Shown here: in pieces, positions 28,204-40,200 of the stretch | Layout: each line of letters begins with the position of its first letter | Position numbering within the stretch: the stretch's first letter is position 1 | NCBI GenBank assembly: GCA_964016885.1 | Contig: OZ024741.1 | Location: 148,862,001 to 148,926,000 of the forward strand | Length of the DNA stretch: 64,000 nucleotides | Direction of reading: 5' to 3' | From: Eledone cirrhosa | Lineage: Eukaryota | Position numbers and translations under genes: made by a program | The notes under the pieces: model-generated | Seen by the model: the letters and a program-made list of their open reading frames with translations, nothing else | Told to the model about the DNA's origin: nothing | The model's database searches: none

Positions 28204-31200
28204 CTGCAAACTACCAATATGTAGTGTATAAATTGAAATAAAAGAAGGAAATTTCACAAGTTTCTGTGTGCGTATGTGCAATATCAAAGCATGGTGTTGT
28301 AAGAAAGTATTTAATCCTATTGACCAAATTCGATATTTTTAATAGTTTTCTCTTCCAATAAAGTATGTGTACCCAATTACACAGAGATCCATATATTTTT
28401 GAAATTTTATTTCAGGGAAGTCATTCTTCACTAGAAGGTAGACAAGGTGGTTTATCAGCTGTCCCAGAACAGAAGCCATTTGATGGTTTGTATCACAATC
28501 TAGACATTCGTTGTTTTCATGTCTTTTAACCCTTTTGATACCAAACTGCCTGAAACTACCCATTGTTCTACAATACAAAACCTTTTTTTAAGTGTTTATA
28601 TTTATCTAAAAACCTTTGATCATAATTTTATGTAGGAACCTTAGTTAAGTTATGTTTCAAACATCAACTTGATAGCAAGTAAAGTTAATTATATTACTAA
28701 ATCCCTAAAAATTCTTGAATATTTTTCAAATTTATTAGAAAAATGGTAACTAAATGGTTAACTTAGTTGTATTGACTTTTATAATGTTTATTCTGTAGGT
28801 GGTTTTTAAAGAAATATGTTCAGACCTGACCATGTTTAGGCAGTTTGCTTTGCAACTATGTTGTTTTCAGTTTAATCCCACTACATGGTACCTTGGGCAG
28901 ATGTCTTCTACTATAGCCTCAGGTTGACCAACACCTTAAGTGAAATTTGGTTAGCAGAATCTGTGCAGAAGCCTGTCATGTTTCTGTGTATGTATATGGT
29001 TGCTTAGTAGTTTGACAAAAACTGGTTGATAAGTACCAGGCTTGATTAAAAAAAATATATACTTGTGTTGTTATGAATGACTAAATCACTTCAAGAGAGT
29101 GTGCTAGCATGACTTCAATCTAATGATTGGGGCCAGTAAAAGGATAAAAGAATAAATGTTTGAATCATTGAGCATTATTTTAATTAAGCATCAAGACATG
29201 ACAGTAAAAGGATAAAAGAATAAATATTTTAATCAAGCAGCATAGTTTATATGAACCCTTGTGAGATATGTGATTATGATTGTTTTGGGAAAGCCAGTAC
29301 AATGTAAATTAGAAATAGAAAAACAAAACAAAAAAGGACAGTTTACACTTTTAGCTTGTATTTCATGGCATCTCACTGCTCGTTATCACCACCATACTCC
29401 ATTTCCTTTCTTTTGAAAAATATGTCTTAATTTCAAAATATGAAATATAAAAGTAAAAGTGTAAACTGTTGTTTTGTTTTTCTTACTTTAACTCTACTCT
29501 AGTTTTGACTCTTGTGTTTCTTATTTGGATTGTATCGGTTTTCCCAAAACAATCATAACTATTAGTTATAACTTATTTATCTATTAAAAACATTGTAAAT
29601 GGTATGGTCCCTATTAAAATCATCTTCACTCCACTATCATTTGACTGCATGTTCTGTTCTTTATTTTTAATTTTCTAGCATCATCTGGTAATCAGTCCTC
29701 AGAGGGGCCAACGATTAAAGTTGAAAAATCTGACAAAATGCAGTCCGACACAGAAGCTTCAAAAAGTGATAGCATTACATTGGAAAAAAATAACTCTCCT
29801 GGCAACTCAAATGCACCCCCTTCTAAACGAGCTAGGTAAGTTTAAGCGGACTAATTATCATTTTTTCAAATGTTAAATATTTTCTTTGAGACTCATCATC
29901 ATTTAATATCTGCTTTCCATGCTGACATGAGTTGGAAACCATATCTTGCTCATATATTCCATATTTTTGGCATGGTTTCTATGTGAGTGTATACTTATAC
30001 ACAGACACACACACACACATTGTAACATCAACCACTTTACAGAATGCATTGAGTGCATTTTATTGTGGCACCAGCACTAGAGAGGTTGTTATATACTAAA
30101 GAGTCCTCTCTATTCTATATTGCTTTCTGTTTCAATATTGTTTTTCAATTCTAAATTCAAGCAATGTATGTAAATGTCTTTTACATAATTTATTGAGAGA
30201 AAAAAAGCAGACATAGTTTTATGACTAAGGAGCAGTTGGCCAACCAATACCTTGTGAGTGAAATTGGTAGATGGAAACTAAAGAAGCCCACCATGAGAGT
30301 GTGTGTGTACATATGTGCATGCAAATCACAGAAAACATTATGTCAACACCATTTCTAAAATGCCAGTGATAATATTGTTTATGTCTCAAAAAATGCACCT
30401 GCAGCATATACCATGCTTAGAATGGCATGAGAAAGGGTACTGAGCTGTAGAAAACCTGCCAAAAATGATCTTAATCAACCCAAATAAGCATGGAAAAACA
30501 ATGATGGATATCTTATATAAGTTGTATAAAGAAAATTCTTTTTAAATGTCGATAATCACTGTTGTTTAATTAAATTGAATTAAAATCTATTTGTATATTT
30601 TCAGAAATAAACTGTTTCCAGAAACTACTGAAGGGTGGGTCCTCATTTCTACCGTATTTATCAAATTTCTTTTTTTCAATTCATCTATGGCTCTTTTAAA
30701 TGTACTTATGTGAAGTATTTTATAAAATATTTCTTACATTTAAAATTAATCTTGGATACAATAAATATTTGTTTTTAAATGGTTGATTTCTTTTGATTTT
30801 ATATTGAATTCTTCAAGCAATTAAAGTAATTGTATTTAATATTATTAAAGTGAAAGTTATGTGTATATCTAGATAGCAAAAGAAATAATAATTAGTGTGC
30901 TATGTATTCAATTATCTGACCTTGGTTTATTATTTATTTGTTTATAGCAGTGATGGGGATGAAGATGACTCACCAGAAGCTAAAGCTGAACGAGAAAGAT
31001 TGCGCAGACAAGCAAATAATGCACGTGAAAGGTATAGTTAACCTCTCATTATGAAATAAGCGAAGTTTATTTTATTTTGATATAAATTTTGTATTTATTG
31101 TTTCTTTAGTTTTGCTATAATTGGTGATATTCATTGAAATTTCCATTCTTTAAATTACCGTATATACTCGAATATAAGCCGAGGTAATTTGTGACCACAA

Positions 31201-34200
31201 AAGCAATGGTAAAATGGGGCTTGACATATTCCGGGTCGATATTTTGATGATTTTCACCAACTTCAAATTCTACATAAATAAGATGCTAAAATATCTGAAG
31301 TGATTATTTTACAACAAAACACTGTTTTTCTTGTGTTACTTCATCATTATTAGTGTTATTTATGCATTCTCTTGGAAATATTTCCAACAAATTTTTATAA
31401 TTTGAACTTTTTAACATAAATATCTCATACACATGCACACACACATACACGTTTTTCTCTGACATTACTTTTTCTTTCAATCTTACTTCTGATTTGTTTT
31501 TATTGCTTTTGCTCTCGCTTCTTCTTGCTCTGCCTCCCCTCACTCTCTTTATGAATCTTTATACAAAGTTCTCTTATTCAATCTTTTGTTTTCAACTACT
31601 CCTTGCTTATGAGTGGCCAGGAAAAAACAAAAATTCAAGAAACTGTTAAACACAAACTATACTAAACATCAAAATATTAAAACTGCATAAATATATTTTA
31701 TACTCATGATAATTTCAAAACCATGCCATCCTAACATAATGTGTTGAATAACTGCCTCAGCTTATAAATGGGATCCTGATTTTTGCCCATTTCTCAGGCA
31801 TAAATAGAAGAGTCAGCTTATATTTGGATCAGTTTATATTCAAGTATGTACGGTAAATCTGTTTTATGTTGTCAAATATAAAAATGTATAACTTTTTTTC
31901 CCCAAACAATTTTCTTCAAGATAATAGTGCGTCTTTACTCAAAAAAAACTTGTTAATCTGTTGCCTGGTAAAACACCACAACCTGGCCCTTGGATGCCTT
32001 TAGTGAAGTACTCATTGCTAGCATTCGAGTCAAATATCTTATTTGAGAATACCTCCCTTTCTCCCTCCCACCAGTCCCAGAGCTCCTGAAAAGGGTCATG
32101 GGTACTGCTCTTCCCTCCTTGACTAAATAGCAAAAAAAAAAAAAAATGATAAAAACCATGACAAGTTGTTCTCTCCACTTTACTGTTTTCTTTTGACTCA
32201 AGACAGCTGTTAACCCAGCCAACTGTTTCTAACAAACAGCTGTTTGTTAACCTGTCCAACTCTACTTACAAACAGCTGTTTCTTAACCAGTCCACCTCTT
32301 TTTACGAACAGCTGTTTAGGGACTCACCTTGCAGAGAAATTTGTCAGAAATCAAACCAAAAGAAGAATGTGTGAACTTTCACCATTTTTTTTTTTTTAGT
32401 TTTCTGTAAACAATAGTTTTCATATATTTATATATATATACATCTTATATTTTTCTACACGTTTCAGCAATGAGAAGCAATACATTGAGAATTTTGATTA
32501 CTTAATTACTTACACACATTGCCTCATCTGGAATAATAATAATAATAAAGTTAATATATACTCACAGGCATACACATTGCTGGCTGCTACAGGCTTACCC
32601 AGCATGCTTGTGATATTGCCTTTGTTTATTTGTTTGTACTTTAACCTTTTTCATAGCAAACTACTCTTGGTTCTATGATACAAAACTTTATTTTGTATCA
32701 TAGCAGTATGATTAGCAGTATCTTTCATTAGGAATGTGGTAACAAAACAGTTCAGTTGTAATGAAAAATTTCAACACAAAATCTTATTCTATTAATTAAC
32801 ATTACCTAATGGTTATGATGAGGATGGTGGTGATGAATCCAGTTTATACTGACATGTATTTCATTTCCCTGTTATCTGACTATATTGCATTACAAGATTA
32901 TTTTTTAAGATCCAAATGGTATAAATGTTTAGATTTATCTAAAACCTTCCTTCATAATTTTATTAAATTGTTCTAAACACCAGTTTACTAATGAGAAAGT
33001 TATCAAAATTATTTGAAAAATCATGTCTTTCATTGGAAATATGGTAATGAAAGTGTAGTTATTTAGCTAAAAGCCTTCCATCATTGTGTTATGTAAGAAC
33101 CATTGTAAGTTTTGTTTTAAACCTTTAGCATTTACATTATTCTATATATACTATTGTATTTTTGTGTTAAAGGTTTTATCTCACATAATTATCTCATATA
33201 ATATCAAATCTATGTTATTTATTTTGAGATCAATACCTTAACATCAGTATGAGTAGCTGGTTTGAACAGAAAGAGGTGAGAGAATTACGGCTGGTTTAAA
33301 TGCTAAAAGGTTAAACAATAGATAACTAATGAGAAAGTTAACTATGTTACTAAATTCAATTTTTTTATTTTCAAAATTATTTGAACATCTTAGTGCCTTT
33401 TATTAGAAAACCCATGCTAGCGTGGAAGATAGCTGTTAAACGATGATGATGAAAGTAAAAAAGAGTTTGAAAACAAAGAAGGAGTGAACAGTAGTGAAAA
33501 TTTTCTCACAAAATCTTACCCTATTAATTAACATTACCTAATGAGGATGATGAGGATGGTGATGATGAATCCAGTTTATACTGACATGTATTTCATCTCC
33601 CTGTTATCTGACTATATTGTATTACAACAAGATTATTTTTTTAAAGATCCAGATGGTATAAATGTTTAGATTTATCTAAAACCTTCCATCATAATTTTAT
33701 TAAGTTGTTCTAAACACCAGTTTATTAACAAGAAAGTTATATTACTAAATCGGTCAAAATTATTTGAAAATCATGTTTTCATTGGAAATATGGTAACGAA
33801 AGGGTTAAAGGGCAGCTATTTAGCTAAAAGCCTTTCATCTTAGTATTATGTAAGAATCTTTGTTAAGTTTTGTTTTAAACACTAGGTAATTGAGAAAGTT
33901 AGCTATGTTACTAAATTCAATTTTTTTTTTTTTTTTTTTTTCTAAAATTATTTGAACATTTTAGTGCCTTTTATTAGAAATAAAGTAAGAAAGGGTTTGG
34001 AAATAAAGAGGTAGTGAACAGTTGTAGTAAACATTTTCTCACAAAATCTTACTCTATTAATTAACATTACATAATGATCATGATGAGGATGGTGATGATG
34101 AATCCAGTTTCTACTGACATGTATTTCATCTCCCTGTTATCTGACTATATTGTATTACAACATTAATGGTGTCTTTCATTAGAAATAGGGTTGTGAAAGG

Positions 34201-37200
34201 GTTAAAACAAAGCTATAAACTTTTCAAGAAACATAACTGTTTAGTTAAATGCAATGCTGCCATTGAATTTTTAATATTTATTTCTTAATTCTGTATCTAT
34301 TAAAAACAATGGTTATTTTTACATTTGTATTTTGAAAATTATGTTTTGTTTCTTTTTTAACTGTGTCTGTGTCTGTTTGCACATGTCTGGCCATGTGCTT
34401 ATGTATCTGAGATACAGAGAAATACGAAGATAATTTTATGTCATTTGTTTTGCATCATTTATAGAATAATGTGTTTATCCTTCTTTTTGTTTAAAATATT
34501 TCTGATTTCTATGTTTTAAAATAATTTTCTTGAATTTCAGTTATTATATTTATAATTGAATTTTGTCTCATTATTTTCCATTCATTTTGCATATTGGTGC
34601 CTTCCATTCTGAATATCATGTAACTTGTAATTTATCTATTTCTATTTAATCTATGTCACCACTCTTGTGGCATTTTAAAAAAGGTTTTTTGTTCTTTGTG
34701 CAAAATATGTAACATACTTTTGTGTAAAGCTTTCACAATGTCAGCTTTTGACTGATTATTTAAATTTGATAATAAAAAAAAAAAGAAATTGAAGGAATTA
34801 TTTTCTTCATATCAAACAATCATTTTGCTTTTAAAGCAAACGAGTTCTTGGATGTTAAGTTTGTTGTTTGCGTTAAGTTTACTGAATTAAATTCACTTGA
34901 GTGCTGCTTTTGTCATCAGAATCAGAGTACGGGACATTAATGAAGGTTTCAAAGAGCTTGGGCAAATGATAACTTTACATTCAGGCAGCAACCAGCCACT
35001 GACGAAGGTGATGATTTTACAGCAAGCTGTCGATGTCATTATGTCTCTCGAACAACAAGTGAGAGGTTAGTTACTTGGAGCACACTGTACTGCTACAAAA
35101 TTGTCACCTTTTATCACCTGGCAACCTGTTTTTCTCTCTCGCTCTTTCTCTCTCTGTCTTTCTCTCTCTCTCCTTTTCTGTGAGTCCACAATAGATCTAT
35201 CTATCAGTTGCTTCTTAAGCAGCATGTGCAAGGGAGATTAGTTTATGATAAATCGAAATGTGAGGTTGTTAACTTCGGATAGCCACTAATGCATGGAACA
35301 TTCCTACCTTTACATATTCTAATACCCTCTATTTCAGCAGAGTTTTTTTTAATGATATATCACTGCATGTATCTCTTAACAAATAGATAGAATTTCTGGA
35401 TTCTTTACACTCTCTTACTTCTTTCACATCAAAATAGTTACTGTCATTTCTTATTCTACAAATCTCATAGTAAACATTTATAAAATATTCTTGTTGTTGT
35501 AATTTATTAGTATACTAGTGTCTTGTAATTTAGGAATTCAACAGGTGTAGTAATGTGCTTATTAATAACATAACTGTTTACAAGGTAGAAGGCAAACTAC
35601 TAGATGGTAATAATAAAGAAAAGTGTTCCAGCATTGCCTTCATCATCATCATCAATGATAGGAATATGTGATAATTACAGTATTATTTGGTAAATAAAAG
35701 TCATGCAAGTAATTTAAGTTTTTAGGTTTATTATATTTATTTTTGTAAGACATCCACTAAACATTGATGAAAGGACTAGAATTTATATCATTAAAACACC
35801 CAAGAAACCTGTAATAAGATTGCATAACCTAGCAGGCCAACTATACCTGTGAGCCATAACAATTAAAAATTTAATTATACTATATTTTTATATATACATA
35901 TAGAGAGTGTGCCCCCACCTCCTCCCACTGTAAAGTGGCCGTGTAGGTGTCACGGCAAAAAAGCACCTAATCCACACTGTAAAGTGGTCATGTAGGTGTC
36001 ATAATAAAAAAACACCCAGTCCACACTGTAAAGTGGTCATGTAGGCACCACAGTAAACAAGTACCCAGTACTCACTGTAAATGAAATTGGTGTTAGGAAG
36101 GGAATCCAGCTGTAGAAATCAAGCCAAAATCAGTTCTCTATGAGTAAGACATGGTCACCTGACCTGGCATTGCCCACGACAGGACAACTCGTCTAACCCA
36201 TGTTAGCATGGAAGAATGGTTTTCCAATGAGACCATGTATAGTGATAGTACTGGTACTACAGCAACAAAAAGCACCCATTCCACCCTGTTTGGTGGTAGT
36301 GGTGTAGCCACAAAAAAGGGTTTCAGTCAACCTTATTAGGTGGTAGTAGTGGTTCCACAACAACAAAGCCCCCAGTAATGTGGTTAGAATTAAAAAGGGC
36401 ATTCAGCTATAAAAACCCAGTCAAAACTAGATGTGTATGAGCAAGAAGTAGTTAGTTGACCCTGCTAGCCCAATAACATAACAGCCTGTCTAACCCATGC
36501 AAGCATAGAAAATAGATGTTAAATGATGATGATGATGATGATGCAATGCTGTTACTACAATCCAGCAAAGTGCCACAGGAAGCTATGTAGGTGTCACTAA
36601 AAATAGTCTTCAGCCATATCTTTTTCAGGGTGTAACTATCCTCCAAATATTCCTTTGTAAATTGAGTATAAATTTCTTTGAAGAAATAATTTATACCAGC
36701 AATAGCTAACCATCAATTCTATGATGGTGTTGCTCCTCTCAATCAGCTATAATAATGTGACAGCTCTTTTCCTTTTTCAAAAGTAGCTTTATGTTATTTG
36801 TTTTAGCAAGTTAAAATAATCTATTTCCTAGTCTATTATGTCTTTGATTGTTTTTTTTAGAAAATGTCATTTGTGTAATTTACTGTCTTTTGTATGATGT
36901 ATCTTAAGTATTATTACATTTATACACATACACACACAATGTGTATATATGCTATTACAGAAGTTGTATTGTCATTCATCCATATTTTTACAGAATAGTT
37001 TCAGAATATTCTTAAGTTATATTCACTAATAATTCCTTTTATTTTTTCTTCATTTTGAATTGTGCTCCAATATGTATTCAATTATTTCTTCTGACAAGTC
37101 TTACCAATTGCCTGGTCCATCAATCTCACTGATCTTACCATCCAAGCTGTTTTGCTTGTTTTGGAATTGGTGTAACTGTTGTCTACATTGCTTGCTGTGA

Positions 37201-40200
37201 ACACACTTAGATGGTATCAATACTATTTATTATTTCTTCCATCTCTTTCCCATTCAGTTCCATATACATTCGCACTTTCCTCTCTGTATTGTGCTCAATC
37301 TTGACTGACTGTTGTTAATCATAGAAAGTAATTTGGGTTGTTGTAATTTCTAGTTCATCTAGCGTTTACCTTGTTGGTTTACACACATATACACACTGCA
37401 CATAGACAAAATTCAGTAAGTTTGGAAAAGTAAAAAACAATATTTCCAAATGCAAGAAGTAATATAATGTACTAACAGAATCCTGGAAGGCCTACCACCA
37501 AAATGCAAATGTTGGGATGAAAAGTTAATTGTGGACGTTCTTTTATTTCTGGACGTGTTCATTCTCTTTTGTTGCACAGGGTTCGAGTACGAGATATTAA
37601 TGAAGCATTTAAGGAGCTGGGTCGCATGTGCTCCTTACACCTCTCAAACGACAAACAACAGACTAAATTACTGATCTTACAGCAGGCAGTCACCTTGATC
37701 ACAAGCTTAGAGCAGCAAGTACGAGGTAGGGATCGTTTTATTGTCCATATGGTTGTCCTCAGCTTTCACCATCATACGCAACTCACCATTTCACTAAAGC
37801 TACTACCGATTAATTAACATCTAATAATTCTCTACTTAGAAAGAGCAACATTTTTAAACATGCTAATCCCTAGCTTGATTCCACTGTTCACTAAATTCTC
37901 TGCTCCTTTCTGTGTATTGTCATTTAAAAGGAAACATTTACTAATATATAATTAATGTCTCAATTAAATCTTTAACCTCTATTAATACCAGGCTGCCTTA
38001 GACTACCCCTATTTCTAGGACATAACACTGGTGAATTTCAACTATTCAAATGTTCCATCATAATTTTATCTAAAAGCATTTTTGTTAAGTTATACTCCAA
38101 ACACCGGCTTAATAATGGAAAATTTGGTTAATTTACTAAATCCTTTCAAATCTTTGATTATTTTAAAAATTGAAACACATGGATTAGGGATACAGGTTAT
38201 TTCTACACAAATGAACACCCATATCTCTCTTTATATATATATATTTGAGAAGTTAATATTAATTGCAGTTATATGTTATCCATATCTGTGTGGTCCCTCA
38301 ATGTTATTTAATCAATTACACTAATTCTCAAAGATATGCAATTTAATCTTTTAATTGTTAGTGTCAGTGTAAATATAATTATAGTGAAAATTGCTTTATT
38401 AATGCAAAAAAAAAAGAAAAGAAAACAGGCAAACAGACAAAGGTATTGACCATTTTTCTTAAGTTCTATCTTTAAAAAAATTATCAAAAACAAGGAAAGG
38501 AAAAGAGCTGATTATGAGATTAGACCAAGCAAACTATGTTGCCTTTAGTCTTTCTATTGTTGATACTATCTGCCAGTTGCAACTCCTGGCAATGAAAGTG
38601 TTGGTATTGACAAAATCATAGGCCAATCTAAAATGTATCATTCTTGAGTGTTGTTTTCATTGATTTTTATCGATCTTTACTGATCTTCAACATAGATTAT
38701 GGAGCTCTGTAGATAGCAATTGGCAGCAATTATCTGCAGAAATAGGTTTTGAAGTTTCTTTTGGCTAATCTTTGAAACATGTTCATAAATCATTTTCCAG
38801 TAGATATTTTATATAGATTCTATGAAGAACGTACCATTAACCTTTTTGATAACAAACCATCTGAAATTGCCTCTACTTTTATGATGCTAAGCTGTTTATT
38901 TTAAAGTGTTTATATTATCTAAAACCTTCCATCATAATTTTATGTAAGAACATATTCCAAACGCCAGTTTAATAATGAGAAATTCTTGATTATTTTCAAA
39001 ATTGTTAAATACCTCCTGCCCACACTGTTTTAGTCATTGATGATATAACATTGAGATCCAACTAAATGTAAAGAAGCTGGTAAATTACAGATATAGTCTA
39101 GTTGCTGAATGGGGCAAAATGTTGAGTATGTTTGAGGAAATGTCCACATGGCCTACATAATTCTAAGTTAAAATCTCTTGGCTAAATTCTGGTAATTTCT
39201 GTTATCTTTCTACTAATATCCAGCTTGCCTGATAACTATGATTGTCATTAACCTGTTTGTTCATGTACATGTGTACTTCAGATCTTCATTTATTCCAGCT
39301 CTGCCTTACAAACTCTTATTGTACAGTTAACATGCCATGTCCAACTTATTCATTTCATGAACATCACAACACCACATTATTATAACACTTCTACAACTCT
39401 GCTCTAAATTTATTGCCCACAATCCTACTGAAATTGCAGCAATGTTTTGTCAAAACTCTTTTGTACCAACCAGTATATTTTTCTTGTCTTCAAAGTTATT
39501 CTAAACTATATCTCTAAACATCAAATTAGATGCAACAACACTGTTGCACTTTACATTGTAAAACATCAGAATAGTGTGCAGTGTAGACACAGATCAGACT
39601 GAACCATGGCATGTGTTGGTGTGATAAATTTATTGTTTGCTTCTATATGTGATGTGAATTATCTTTATGCTAATGATATTCTCAGTCAACAATTACAAGA
39701 ACGATCTAAGTTACAAATATACCAGCAGCAGTTGTGTTGAAATAAGGACATACTGCACAAATACTTATGGTAGTGTGGACTCACTCTTCCCTTGATTATA
39801 ATGTAAATGTTTTGTTCTTATTTCAGTATAATATTGTGCGTGTGTGTTTTTTTGTTGTTGCTTTTTTTTTTGCTTTTTTTCTTTTGTAAAGCTGCCAGTG
39901 ACATACCAATATCATATATATGACTGGCATTAGTAGAATACTTTCTGCAGCGGATCTGAATGGTCATTTTTCTGGGGGTTTCATATCACATCACTCATTA
40001 TTTTCACAACTATGTAGTTGATAGTAGGTTTTTTTTTTCCTCCCTCCAATAATTTAGGCCCAATATCTTAATTAGAAGACCAAATCAACCCATGTTTGTG
40101 TGAAGTGTTATATAGTGATTGAATGGAGATAATAGGGACTCTTTAGTTTTGCCATGTACATAACCTCTCTAATTCCATGATATAATGACCAGTGGTTTGC

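Noticed and set aside
29679-29835. Alternative open phase-0 reading ([10 protein letters not shown]...) joined directly to 26249
   Set aside because: It would end in phase 1 and put the bHLH exons out of frame; the phase-1 reading has the IKxE and KRAR motifs.
35925-36080. Regularly spaced repeats resembling a CRISPR array
   Set aside because: Eukaryotic context, the spacers are similar to each other, the array is part of a retroposon head and there are no cas genes.
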